The notes under the pieces: model-generated
Seen by the model: only the letters and a program-made list of their open reading frames with translations
Databases searched by the model: none
Told to the model about the DNA's origin: nothing
Origin: an uncultured Gemmatimonadales bacterium
Lineage (GTDB): Bacteria; Gemmatimonadota; Gemmatimonadetes; Longimicrobiales; RSA9
Direction of reading: 5' to 3'
Length of the DNA stretch: 64,000 nucleotides
Assembly: GCA_963741945.1 (NCBI GenBank)
Contig: CAVUKA010000001.1
Span: 256,001-320,000, forward strand
Made by a program: the position numbers and the translations under genes
Shown: positions 20,426 to 29,868 of the stretch, in pieces
Numbering within the stretch: the first letter of the stretch is position 1
Layout: each line of letters opens with the position of its first letter

Positions 20426-21306
20426 TCTATGTTCTCCACCTGTTCACGCAGGCGCTCGATCTCGTTCTTGATGTCGACCACGCGCTGCTCGATCGGGGCG
20501 TCGTTCGCTTTCGAGCCGATGGTGTTCGCCTCCCGGTGCATCTCCTGCACGAGGAAGCTCAGCCGCTTGCCGACCGGCTCGGCGGCATCCTCGCTGAGCA
20601 TGGCCCGGAAATGGTCCATGTGCGAGCGGAGCCGGACCACTTCCTCACTGATGTCCCAGCGGTCGGCCAGAATGGCCACTTCGCGGGCCAGCCGCTCCGG
20701 GTCCAGAGAGGTGTCCGACGCGAGCTCCGCCACGGAGCGGCGGAGGCGGTCACGCTCCCGCACCAGCCGTTCGGGCGCCCGCTCCGCGATCTGGTCCAGC
20801 GCGCTGCCGATGGCCCCGAGCCGGCCCTCGAGGTCCTCCTCCAGGCTGCGCCCCTCCTTCTCCCGCATGGCCACCGTTGCGCGCGCCGCGCGCTCGGTGA
20901 CATCGCGTACCACCTCTTCGGCGACTTGCGGCACGTCCGCGCTCTCGCGGACGACGAGGTCGCTCTGGCGGGCGATCATGTCGAGGTCCACGTCGCCCGG
21001 AAGCTCCAGCTCCGCCTTGAGCGCGCGGAAGATCCGCAGGTACTGGCGGGCGCGGACCACGTCCAGCCCCAGTGCGGGGCCCGCCTCGCCGTTCTCACCC
21101 TCGAGCCGATACGTCAGGTTGATGTGCCCCCGCGAGATGACCCCCTTGAGCCACTCCCGGATGTTCGGCTCGAAGCGGTCGAGGGCGGAGGGACTGCGCA
21201 CGTTCAGGCTGAAGAACCGGTGGTTCACAGTCCGGATCTCCGCGCGCAGCAGCCCACTCGGCGTCTGGATTTCGGCCTCGCCGAAACCGGTCATGCTCCT
21301 GATCAT
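20422..21306 (-). CDS. yicC: YicC/YloC-family endoribonuclease
   Basis: MIRSMTGFG, RTVNHRF, DISEEVVRL, GKRL.FL.QEMHREANTIGSK, REQVENIE. Confidence 0.95.
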   Translation of the reverse strand: MIRSMTGFGEAEIQTPSGLLRAEIRTVNHRFFSLNVRSPSALDRFEPNIREWLKGVISRGHINLTYRLEGENGEAGPALGLDVVRARQYLRIFRALKAELELPGDVDLDMIARQSDLVVRESADVPQVAEEVVRDVTERAARATVAMREKEGRSLEEDLEGRLGAIGSALDQIAERAPERLVRERDRLRRSVAELASDTSLDPERLAREVAILADRWDISEEVVRLRSHMDHFRAMLSEDAAEPVGKRLSFLVQEMHREANTIGSKANDAPIEQRVVDIKNEIERLREQVENIE

Positions 21307-21315
21307 GGCGCGCGC

Positions 21316-21345
21316 AAACTAACCAGCGAGGCGGAGGAGGTGCAA
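21316..21345 (-). promoter_or_regulatory. sigma70-type promoter for yicC
   Basis: TTGCAC-N18-TAGTTT, then 9 nt to the ATG. Confidence 0.55.
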
Positions 21346-21394
21346 CGCGGGCCCGCGGTCGGGGGAGCATCCGGGCCATGCAGCCCCGGCGCCG

Positions 21395-23353
21395 TCAATT
21401 CGTGAATGTCCATTTGACACCGTATGCGATGTGCTGCCCGGGAGTGAGATACGTGGTTTCCGGAGCGCCGGCCGGCGCGGGGAAATCCCGCTGCCGGGTC
21501 TGGCGTAGCGAGTACAGCACGTCGTCCCAGCGCAGGAATGCCGTCAGCGTCAGCACGCGGACGGACAGCTCGAGATTCGAAGCGCGATACGCCCCCACTT
21601 CCGTGATGCCCGCCGGAGCCGCCACGGTCATGCGCCCGCGGAAGACGTGCTCGGCCCGGGCGTACAGCTCCAGGTGACCGCTCGGCAGCGGAAGCTGGTG
21701 ATACACGAGAGCCGCGCGCCAGTTGTACTCGGGGAGGTAGAGCCAGCCGGGGGGGGCATCCATGCTCACGTACCACCCCTCGAAGTGCAGCGGGTCCCAT
21801 CCGGTGGGGATGCGTGCCGTAGCTTCGATCCCGGTGGCATCGCCCGCCGGGTGCCGCACGAGAAGCGAATCGAACGGGAGACCGAACCCTGCGCTGGAGT
21901 CCGCGCTCAGCCGGACCGCTGCACCGCCCAGGACGAACCCGTGCCCCGCCAGGCGAATTCCCGCGCGGGCGCCCTCGCGCGAAAGGTCGATCGCCGGCAG
22001 CGAGTCGGGCGCCGGCACCACGCGCAGCGACGGCGCGCCAGCCGAGAAGGGTGAGCCGCTCCGGAACACTTCGCCGAATGCCGTCAACCCGAGGGCGGGC
22101 CCGGCTTCAGCGCGCGCGGACCACCGGCCGACGGTCGCACCATCCCACCATTGCTGGGTGGCTTCGGCGCCCGCGGCCAGCAGCGACACCGGCCGCGTCC
22201 AGACCCCGAGCTCCAGCTCCTCCGCGGGCAGGCGGGGGTGCGAGCGCCACCGTGCCGCGGCCGACACGCGCGTCGGGAACGGAGCGGCGAGATCCGCCGC
22301 CAGCCGGAGCCCGGCCTGTGCCGTGGCCTCCCGCAGTGTGAAAGCCTCGCGGTCATCCTCCACGGACGACCCGCCCACGTACGCCTCGGCGGAGGCGGGG
22401 CCGAAGGGTCGGCGGACGCGCACCGCCCAGTCGCGACGGGTGGACTTCTCCGCCGGCCCCACGCCCGACCGGTCCGCCCCCTGCTGCCTGAACTCGATCT
22501 GGATGCCGGTGGAGTCCCGGGCCCAGCTCCACTTGAGCCACGCCGTGGTCAGGTTCGATGGCGCGCCCACTTCGGCCGCGAACCGCTCGAATCCCGCGGC
22601 CACCGGGCCGCCCATGACGTTCGGCGCCAGGAAGACGCCACGGAACAGGTTGATCCCGTAATCACCCGTCGCGGCTTCGATCGTGCTCTCGGGCCCCGGC
22701 AGCGCCGGCGAACGGGTCCGGATGCGCACGGTGGCCCCCGTGAGGCCCCGCTCCACGCGCAGGTGATCGATGCCGAGGAGCGACACGAGGGAGGGATCGA
22801 ACGTGGCGGTCAGGAGCGGATCCAGCGCGTAGCCGTCCACGACGAAGCGAACGGCCCCGAGTGACGCGCCCATCACGCTCACCCCCTCGGGCTCCGCCAG
22901 CGCGATGGGCCGAACGGGCGTCAATCCAGGCACGCGCTCCAGCAGCTGCAGCAGCGTCAGGTTCGGCAGGCGAAGCAGGTCGTCCCGATCCCACTCCCAC
23001 ACGCCCGTGGTCCAACCGGTCGGCGTCGGCGCCGGCAGCCGGACGAGGGCGGGCGGGGGCGGTGTCACCGGCGCCACTGTATCCGCTGGCGCAGGCGTGG
23101 TATCGGGGCGCGTTGGCGCCAGCGTGTCTGGCGCGTTCGGCGCCACCGTGTCCGGCGCGTTTGGCGCCAGCGTGTCCGGCGTCAACGGGCGAGGCAGAGT
23201 GTCCGGACGCTCCGGCTCCTGCGCTCCAGCGGCGCGCGGCGCGGCCAGCGCCAGTGCGACCACGGCAGCGGCGACCAGCGGGAAACGCACGCAAAACGCC
23301 CCCGACCACCACCACCGGGGCCGGGGGCGGGGCGTCGGCCACGGCCGCGTCAC
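21395..23353 (-). CDS. Outer-membrane beta-barrel protein with a plug-like N-terminal domain
   Basis: Signal peptide (..AAGAQ), Pro/Asp/Thr linker, plug-like TLLQLLERVPGL...FVVDG...IDHLRVERG, amphipathic strands, C-terminal YGVKWTFTN; GTG overlaps the pepA stop. Confidence 0.7.
   Translation of the reverse strand: MTRPWPTPRPRPRWWWSGAFCVRFPLVAAAVVALALAAPRAAGAQEPERPDTLPRPLTPDTLAPNAPDTVAPNAPDTLAPTRPDTTPAPADTVAPVTPPPPALVRLPAPTPTGWTTGVWEWDRDDLLRLPNLTLLQLLERVPGLTPVRPIALAEPEGVSVMGASLGAVRFVVDGYALDPLLTATFDPSLVSLLGIDHLRVERGLTGATVRIRTRSPALPGPESTIEAATGDYGINLFRGVFLAPNVMGGPVAAGFERFAAEVGAPSNLTTAWLKWSWARDSTGIQIEFRQQGADRSGVGPAEKSTRRDWAVRVRRPFGPASAEAYVGGSSVEDDREAFTLREATAQAGLRLAADLAAPFPTRVSAAARWRSHPRLPAEELELGVWTRPVSLLAAGAEATQQWWDGATVGRWSARAEAGPALGLTAFGEVFRSGSPFSAGAPSLRVVPAPDSLPAIDLSREGARAGIRLAGHGFVLGGAAVRLSADSSAGFGLPFDSLLVRHPAGDATGIEATARIPTGWDPLHFEGWYVSMDAPPGWLYLPEYNWRAALVYHQLPLPSGHLELYARAEHVFRGRMTVAAPAGITEVGAYRASNLELSVRVLTLTAFLRWDDVLYSLRQTRQRDFPAPAGAPETTYLTPGQHIAYGVKWTFTN
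23107..23180 (-). repeat. About 3 imperfect 24-bp tandem repeats encoding PDT(L/V)APN/T
   Basis: ggcgcgtt(c/t)ggcgcca(g/c)cgtgtc(c/t) units within the CDS. Confidence 0.75.
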
Positions 23354-24876
23354 GCTTCCGTGCGGCCCCTGATCCATTCGATGAACAGCCGGGTAGGCAC
23401 TCCAGTGGGTCCCTTTCGGAGATACGACACGGGCTCGTCCCGATACGCCGTCCCGGCCACGTCCAGGTGCACCCAGGGAACGTCGCCGACGAACTCCTTG
23501 AGGAACCAGCCGGCGGTGATCGTGCCGGCCGGTCGGCCGCCCACGTTCTTCAGATCCGCCACGTCGCTGTCCAGCTGCTTCCGGTACTCATCCCAGAGCG
23601 GAAGCGGCCAGCAGCGTTCTCCCGTGCGCTCCCCCACGGCGCGAACCTCGTCCATCAGGTCGCCATCGTTCCCCATGAGGCCGATCGCCTCGTGGCCGAG
23701 GCCGATGACCACCGCGCCCGTGAGCGTGGCCGCATCGATCATCGCCCGGGGCGCGTACTGCTCCCGCGCGTACGCCAGCGCATCGGCCAGGATCAGGCGG
23801 CCTTCCGCGTCCGTGTTGATCACCTCGACCGTCTTGCCCGAATACATCCGGAGCACGTCGCCCGGTCTGGTCGCCCGTCCGGAAAGGAGGTTCTCCGTGG
23901 CGGGGACCAGCGCGACCACGTTCACCCGGGGACGCAGCCGCGCCATGGCCTGCATGGCCCCCAGGACGGCCGCCGCGCCGGACATGTCGTACTTCATCTC
24001 CTCCATCTTCTGCGCCGGCTTGATGGAGATCCCGCCCGCATCGAACGTGACACCCTTCCCGACCAGGGCCAGTGGCGCTTCGCCCTCTTCGCCTCCCCTG
24101 TACTCCATGACGATGAACCGCGGCTCCTGGTCGCTCCCGGCCGCCACGCCCAGGATCCCGCCGAACCCGCCCTCCTCGAGCGCCGCGCGGTCGAAGACAG
24201 TGATCTTCATCCCGCACTCCTCGGCAACGCCACGGGCCACATCCGCCAGGTGGGATGGCGTCGCGATGTTGCCCGGCTTGGCCGCGAGCTCACGCGCCAG
24301 GTTCTCCGCCTCCGCCACGATCCGGCCGACGTCGGCCCCCGCCCGCATGTCCTCTGCATCCTCCGCTCCGGAGGCGAGGACGGTGACGGACCGGAGCCGG
24401 ACTGTCGGCTCCTCTTCCGCGGCCGTCTTCAGGTCACGGTAATCCCACGCCGCCAGCACGGCCCCTTCCACCGCACCGCGGGCGGCGAAATAGGGCCCCA
24501 TGTGCTCGCTCTTCCGCTCCGTGTGGCCCAGCGCGACGGTGATCTCGTCCACCCGGAGACGCTCCGCCTCCCGGACCGCGGTGCCCACGGCCTGGCGGAG
24601 CCCCTGCATTGCATAGTCTTCCCGCTTTCCGATGCCCACCAGCAGGACACGCTGGGCCGGGAAGCCCGGGTCCTCGGGGTAGACCAGCAACGTCTCGTCC
24701 GTCTTCCCGCGGAAATCCCCGCGCCCCATGAGCCGGTCCAGCAACCCGCCCAGTGCATCGTCCACCGCGGCCATGGCGCCCACGGGGTGCTCATCATCCT
24801 GGAAATGCTGGAGTACCAGGAGCGGCGTCCGTACGGATGCCGCCGGGTCTGTCTGGATCGAGACGTTGACAGGCAT
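23350..24876 (-). CDS. pepA: Leucyl aminopeptidase (M17)
   Basis: VGKGVTFDAGG, MKYDMSG, NTDAEGRL.LAD, ATLTGA, HLDVAG. Confidence 0.97.
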   Translation of the reverse strand: MPVNVSIQTDPAASVRTPLLVLQHFQDDEHPVGAMAAVDDALGGLLDRLMGRGDFRGKTDETLLVYPEDPGFPAQRVLLVGIGKREDYAMQGLRQAVGTAVREAERLRVDEITVALGHTERKSEHMGPYFAARGAVEGAVLAAWDYRDLKTAAEEEPTVRLRSVTVLASGAEDAEDMRAGADVGRIVAEAENLARELAAKPGNIATPSHLADVARGVAEECGMKITVFDRAALEEGGFGGILGVAAGSDQEPRFIVMEYRGGEEGEAPLALVGKGVTFDAGGISIKPAQKMEEMKYDMSGAAAVLGAMQAMARLRPRVNVVALVPATENLLSGRATRPGDVLRMYSGKTVEVINTDAEGRLILADALAYAREQYAPRAMIDAATLTGAVVIGLGHEAIGLMGNDGDLMDEVRAVGERTGERCWPLPLWDEYRKQLDSDVADLKNVGGRPAGTITAGWFLKEFVGDVPWVHLDVAGTAYRDEPVSYLRKGPTGVPTRLFIEWIRGRTEA

Positions 24877-24880
24877 GCGT

Positions 24881-26122
24881 TCAGTCCATGTGGTCGACGA
24901 TGGCCTCGGCGAAGCCGGAGGTCTTCACGAGCGTGGCGCCTTCCATCTGCCGCTCGAGATCGTACGTCACCGTCTTGGCGGCGACAGCGCCCTCGAGCCC
25001 TCGCACCACGCGCTCCGCCGCCTCGTCCCAGCCGAGGTGCTCCAGCATCATGTGCGCCGACAGGATCAGCGAGCCCGGGTTCACCTTGTCCTGCCCCGCG
25101 TATTTGGGGGCGGTCCCGTGTGTGGCCTCGAACAGTGCCACCGCGTCACCGATGTTCGCGCCCGGGGCCATTCCGAGCCCGCCCACCTGCGCCGCGGCCG
25201 CATCGGACATGTAGTCCCCGTTCAGGTTCGGCATGGCCACCACGCTGTATTCGTCCGGGCGCAGCAGGATCTGCTGGAACATGGCGTCCGCGATGCGGTC
25301 CTTCACCAGCAGCTTGCTGCCCACTTCCACGCCCTTCCAGGTCTCCGCTTCTGTCACGATCCGGTCGGCGAACTGCTCCTTCGCCACCTCGTACCCCCAC
25401 TCCCGGAACGCGCCCTCGGTGAACTTCATGATGTTCCCCTTGTGCACGATCGTCACCGAGTCCCGTCCGCGCTGGAGCGCGTAGCGGATGGCCATCGCCA
25501 CCAGCCGCTTCGTCCCGAACGCGCTGATCGGCTTGATCCCGATCCCGCTCTTCTCCCGGATGTCCGCCCCCATCTCGTCCACGAGGAAGTGGCGCACCTT
25601 CTCCGCTTCCGGCGTGCCGGACGCCCATTCGATCCCGGCGTACACATCTTCGGTGTTCTCGCGGAAGATGACCACGTCCAGCTTCTCGGGATGCTTCACG
25701 GGTGAAGGGACGCCAGGGATCCAGCGGACGGGCCGGATGCACCCGTACAGATCGAGCACCTGACGGAGCGTCACGTTCAGGGAGCGGATCCCGCCGCCCA
25801 CGGGCGTCGTGAGGGGGCCCTTGATCCCGACCTTGAATTCCCGCAGCGCCTCAAACGTCTCCTCCGGGAGCCACTCCCCCGTGGCATCGTACGCCTTCTC
25901 GCCCGCCAGGATCTCCATCCAGACAATGCCCTTCGATCCGCCGTACGCCTTCTCTACCGCGGCTTCCACCACGCGCTTCGTGGCTGCCCAGATGTCGGGG
26001 CCAATGCCGTCGCCCTCGATGAACGGGATGATCGGATCATCGGGGACCTGGAGCCGGCCTCCTTCCATCACCTGGATACGGGTGCCCTCCGCCGGGACGC
26101 GTGCGTGCTTGTATTCGGTCAT
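24881..26122 (-). CDS. icd: NADP-dependent isocitrate dehydrogenase
   Basis: [54 protein letters not shown]. Confidence 0.98.
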   Translation of the reverse strand: MTEYKHARVPAEGTRIQVMEGGRLQVPDDPIIPFIEGDGIGPDIWAATKRVVEAAVEKAYGGSKGIVWMEILAGEKAYDATGEWLPEETFEALREFKVGIKGPLTTPVGGGIRSLNVTLRQVLDLYGCIRPVRWIPGVPSPVKHPEKLDVVIFRENTEDVYAGIEWASGTPEAEKVRHFLVDEMGADIREKSGIGIKPISAFGTKRLVAMAIRYALQRGRDSVTIVHKGNIMKFTEGAFREWGYEVAKEQFADRIVTEAETWKGVEVGSKLLVKDRIADAMFQQILLRPDEYSVVAMPNLNGDYMSDAAAAQVGGLGMAPGANIGDAVALFEATHGTAPKYAGQDKVNPGSLILSAHMMLEHLGWDEAAERVVRGLEGAVAAKTVTYDLERQMEGATLVKTSGFAEAIVDHMD

Positions 26123-26132
26123 GTTCTCGCTC

Positions 26133-27254
26133 TCAGGCTCGTTGCTGGATGGGGGCGACCGACCGCGGCGCTGGACCCACGTACTGCGCCTTGGGCCGGA
26201 TCAATCGATTGTCGGTCAGCTGCTCCAGGATGTGCGCGGTCCACCCCGCCACACGGGCGCAGGCAAAGATGTTCGTGAACAGCGTCGCCGGAATCCCGAG
26301 CTTGTCGTAGACCGACGCACTGTAGAAGTCCACGTTGGCGTAGATCTTCTTCCCTCTCTTCTCCATCTCCTGGCGCATCGCTTCGCGCACGCGGTCGGAG
26401 ACTGCGAACCACCGGGAGCTGCCCAGCTCCTCGCCGAGCCGCCGTAGGATGGGGGCCCGGGGATCCACGGCGCGGTATACGCGGTGCCCGAAGCCCATCA
26501 CCTTGTCTCCACGCTCCAGCGCCTGGCCGATCCAGGCTTCCGCGTTCTCCGGCGCACCGATCTCCTGGAGCATGCGCATCACGCGCTCGTTCGCCCCCCC
26601 GTGCAGCGGACCCTTGAGCGTCCCGATGGCCGACGTCACGGCCGAATGCAGGTCCGATAGCGTCGCGACGGTAACGCGGGCGGAGAACGTGGAGGCGTTC
26701 ATCCCGTGCTCGGCGTGGAGCGTGAGCGCGGCATCCATGGCGCGCGTTTCCGCTTCCTCGGGCTCTTCCCCCCTCATCATGTACAGGAGGTTCGCCGCGT
26801 GTCCGAGTTCGGGCCGGGGAGGGATCGGCTCCTTGCCCGCCCGGGTGCGCGCCGTCACTGCGGTGATCGTGGTCAGGCGTGCCGTGAGGCGGATCGCGCG
26901 GGCGAGATTCGCTTCGTGCCCGGTGTCGTCCGGAACGGGATCCGCCATCCCCAGGGTGGACACCGCCGTCCGGAGCACGGCCATGGGATGGGCGCTGGAC
27001 GGAGCACCGCGGACCAGGCTCACCACGTCGTCAGGAAGGTCGTACGCCGCGGCCAGGCGGTCGCGGAGCTCCGCGAGCTGTGCCCGGGTGGGCAGCTCGC
27101 CGGTCCACAGGAGGTGGCACGTTTCCTCGAAACTGACGTTCGCCGCCAGATCCTCGATCGAGTATCCCGCGTAGAGCAGCGAGCCCGCCGACCCATCGAC
27201 GCGGCTGAGCCGTGTCTCCGCGACGACGACCCCCTCCAGTCCCGAACCGGCCAT
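26133..27254 (-). CDS. Citrate synthase / 2-methylcitrate synthase family (short type)
   Basis: [40 protein letters not shown]. Confidence 0.95.
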   Translation of the reverse strand: MAGSGLEGVVVAETRLSRVDGSAGSLLYAGYSIEDLAANVSFEETCHLLWTGELPTRAQLAELRDRLAAAYDLPDDVVSLVRGAPSSAHPMAVLRTAVSTLGMADPVPDDTGHEANLARAIRLTARLTTITAVTARTRAGKEPIPPRPELGHAANLLYMMRGEEPEEAETRAMDAALTLHAEHGMNASTFSARVTVATLSDLHSAVTSAIGTLKGPLHGGANERVMRMLQEIGAPENAEAWIGQALERGDKVMGFGHRVYRAVDPRAPILRRLGEELGSSRWFAVSDRVREAMRQEMEKRGKKIYANVDFYSASVYDKLGIPATLFTNIFACARVAGWTAHILEQLTDNRLIRPKAQYVGPAPRSVAPIQQRA

Positions 27255-27440
27255 TCCCGCTCCCTTCCCGTCTGTCACCCGTTGGAAATGCCAACGCCAC
27301 ATCACGAATTCGGGGCCGACGTCCCCCAGATCCAGGAGGAGGCCAGCCCCGACGCGAAACCGCGGTCGAGCCGCGACGGCGAGGCGGAAAGTAGTGATCC
27401 CGTTCGACGCGATGCAAGTCCGGGCGCGCAGCGATACGTT

Positions 27441-27466
27441 GTGACCCGACCTCCTGTTGGATCGTC
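27441..27466 (+). promoter_or_regulatory. Putative ECF promoter (autoregulatory)
   Basis: GTGACCCG-N14-CGTC directly upstream of the ECF gene; the same motif recurs at 29807. Confidence 0.65.
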
Positions 27467-27481
27467 CTGTTCATAGTGCAG

Positions 27482-28042
27482 ATGAAGCCGAGCGAAGGAA
27501 CTGCCGAACCGAGCGACGGCGAAGCCGTGGCCCGCGTGCTCGCGGGAGACCGCGAGTGGTTCCGCATTCTCGTGAATCGGCATCAGGACATGCTGTTCGC
27601 GCACGCGCTGCGAATGACCGGCCAGGGCGATGTGGCGGCCGACATCGTGCAGGCGGCGCTGGTCAAGGCCTTCGAGACGCTGGACCGCTGTCGAGATCCG
27701 GACCGCTTCGGCGCCTGGGCATTCCGGATCGTGGCCAACGGGTCGAAGGACTACCTGAAGAACGTGAGGCGCCGGGATGTCGGCCTGGACACGGTCACGC
27801 CGACGGCATCGGGGAGCGACCCCGGCCGGGACGCGGAGCGGGCCGACCTGCGGCGGCGCCTGGACGCGGCGCTGCACCGGCTGCCGCCGGAGCACCGGGA
27901 AGCGTTCGTGATGAAGCACGAGGAAGGCCGTTCCTACGCGGAAATGGCTGAGCTCCTGGGCGCTTCCGTCGGCGCCCTCAAGATGCGCGTGCACCGGGCG
28001 CGCGAGCTGCTGATGCAGTGGCTGGAGGATGACGCACCATGA
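27482..28042 (+). CDS. ECF-family RNA polymerase sigma factor
   Basis: Region 2 AADIVQAALVKAF..L...F.AWAFRI..N; region 4 LPPEHREAF.....GRSYAEMAELLG.SVGALKMRVHRAR. Confidence 0.95.
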   Translation: MKPSEGTAEPSDGEAVARVLAGDREWFRILVNRHQDMLFAHALRMTGQGDVAADIVQAALVKAFETLDRCRDPDRFGAWAFRIVANGSKDYLKNVRRRDVGLDTVTPTASGSDPGRDAERADLRRRLDAALHRLPPEHREAFVMKHEEGRSYAEMAELLGASVGALKMRVHRARELLMQWLEDDAP

Positions 28043-28692
28043 GAGACGAGCTGCAGCGCTGGCTGGATGGCGACCTCGATGAAGCGGAGCTGCCTGAGGA
28101 GCTCCGGGCCGATGCATCGCGCTGGCAGGAATGGCTGGATGCCCGTGAGCATTCCGCTCCTCACGCCCCCGGTTGGGTGGCCGACGCCGTCATGGCCCGC
28201 ATCGCGCGGATCGACCGCCGCGGACCGCTCGCGCGGCTGGGAGCGTGGCTGCTCCGACCCTGGACCGTGCGCATCCGGCCGCTCACCATCGGCGCCGTCG
28301 CGGCGGCACTGGCCGCCGCCATCCTCTTCTGGCCTGGCGGCGTGTCGGAGGCCGGACCGGGATCGGCCGTCCAGCCGCTGCCCGGTCTGGCAGGCGCGCG
28401 TGACCACGACGGACGCGTTTACGTCCAGTTCGTCTACGCTGCGGGCCGCGCCTCCTCGGTCGCGGTCGCCGGTGACTTCAACGAGTGGTCCGCCGCTGGC
28501 TCGGAGCTGCGCGACCCGGATGGTGATGGCGTCTGGACCGGTTATGTTTCCGTGAGTCCAGGCCTGCACAAGTACATGTTCGTGGTGGACGGGCAGTGGG
28601 TGACAGATCCCCACGCCGACCGCCACGTCGACGATGGCTTTGGCCACGCCAACGCATTGATGACCGTACTGCCACCAGGAAGCTCGATCTGA
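28039..28692 (+). CDS. Putative anti-sigma factor: cytoplasmic helical domain, one TM and a C-terminal glycogen-binding (CBM48/AMPK-beta-like) domain
   Basis: ATGA-coupled to the ECF gene; TM LTIGAVAAALAAAILFW; VAVAGDFNEW...GVW...PGLHKYMFVVDGQWVTDP..DDGFG..N. Confidence 0.82.
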   Translation: MRDELQRWLDGDLDEAELPEELRADASRWQEWLDAREHSAPHAPGWVADAVMARIARIDRRGPLARLGAWLLRPWTVRIRPLTIGAVAAALAAAILFWPGGVSEAGPGSAVQPLPGLAGARDHDGRVYVQFVYAAGRASSVAVAGDFNEWSAAGSELRDPDGDGVWTGYVSVSPGLHKYMFVVDGQWVTDPHADRHVDDGFGHANALMTVLPPGSSI

Positions 28693-29810
28693 TCAAGACG
28701 GCCGCCGCTGTCCTTGCTTTCCTCGCTCTCCCGGCTTCCGGCACCGCCCAGGAGGTGTCGCTCTGGGTCGATGCCACCGGCAGCGACGCCCGCCCCCCGG
28801 CCGGTGCTGTCGGCGAGGTGACCCTGTACGGGATTCTCGGCGCCCGACTGGAAGCGTACGGCGACCCCTTCTCCGCCAATGCCGCCGCCCGGTACGGGGA
28901 AGCGGTCTCGGGCACGGCAGCCCGCTGGGTCCAGGGCGAGGCCTCCCTCACAACGGGTCGCCGCTTCGGCCGTATGGGTGTGCGGATCGGCGCCAACGCC
29001 TTCGGCCTCCGCTACATCGACCCGTTCACATACTCCGGCGGCGGCGGCGGCGCACAGGCGGATGTCAACCTGGCCCTGGGACGCACCATCGTCGCGTTCA
29101 CTCCGTCCTGGAGCGCGGGCGCGTGGAGCTCCGACGCGCTGTCGGGCGATCTCCGGGTGGCGGGAGCGAGCGTGGAGCTCGCACGTCCTTCCGGACCGCT
29201 GCTTCTGCGTGCAGGCGCTGCGGCGCGGGATGTCCTCAACGGCGCCGTAGACGGCGCGTTCCTCACGGCCACGGCCGCCCTCGACTACACCGCTCCACGC
29301 TGGACCGCGTCGGCGCACGTGGCAGCCCAGCACAATCCGCTGGAGGATGTTCTGGCAGGCGGTGTGACCCTCGGCATCCCCCTGGGCGAGGGTGCGCAGC
29401 TCCGGGTCGATGTCGGACGCACGCTCCGCGATCCACTGTTCGGAACGCCCGGGAGTTTCGCGCTCAGTATCGGGCTTAGCGTGCGGGCACTGAAGACGGG
29501 ATCCATCGTCCCGCCGGTGGTCGCGGTGGGACATCCCGAGACCGGAGGGCGCCGGGTGCGATTCTCGCTCGCTCCGACCAACGCCAGCACGGACGCCCGC
29601 ACCGTCGCGCTCACCGGCGATTTCACGGACTGGCTCCCCCGCCCCATGGAGCGGGAAGGCGGTCGCTGGATCCTTGATGTCGTGCTGGCGCCGGGGCTCC
29701 ACCATTTCGGGTTCCTGGTCGATGGGCAGTGGTACGTGCCGGACACAGCGCCGGGGCTGGTGGAGGACGGGTGGGGCCGTGAAAACGCGAGCATCATCGT
29801 CGAGCCGTGA
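28689..29810 (+). CDS. Secreted, probably outer-membrane beta-barrel protein with a C-terminal CBM48-like domain; start uncertain (CTG 28689?)
   Basis: Signal peptide KTAAAVLAFLALPASGTAQ, Gly/Ala-rich alternating strands, VALTGDFTDW...GRW...PGLHHFGFLVDGQW..EDGWG.EN. Confidence 0.75.
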   Translation: MIKTAAAVLAFLALPASGTAQEVSLWVDATGSDARPPAGAVGEVTLYGILGARLEAYGDPFSANAAARYGEAVSGTAARWVQGEASLTTGRRFGRMGVRIGANAFGLRYIDPFTYSGGGGGAQADVNLALGRTIVAFTPSWSAGAWSSDALSGDLRVAGASVELARPSGPLLLRAGAAARDVLNGAVDGAFLTATAALDYTAPRWTASAHVAAQHNPLEDVLAGGVTLGIPLGEGAQLRVDVGRTLRDPLFGTPGSFALSIGLSVRALKTGSIVPPVVAVGHPETGGRRVRFSLAPTNASTDARTVALTGDFTDWLPRPMEREGGRWILDVVLAPGLHHFGFLVDGQWYVPDTAPGLVEDGWGRENASIIVEP

Positions 29811-29832
29811 CCCGCAGGGGGCGATGAGCGTC
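29807..29832 (+). promoter_or_regulatory. Putative ECF promoter, second copy
   Basis: GTGACCCG-N14-CGTC, same spacing as at 27441. Confidence 0.65.
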
Positions 29833-29868
29833 TATGATGTGGACAGAGACCTGCGAGGATGCACGATC

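Noticed and set aside
23107-23180. Short direct repeats as a possible CRISPR array
   Set aside because: They are contiguous in-frame 24-bp coding repeats with no spacers and no cas genes.
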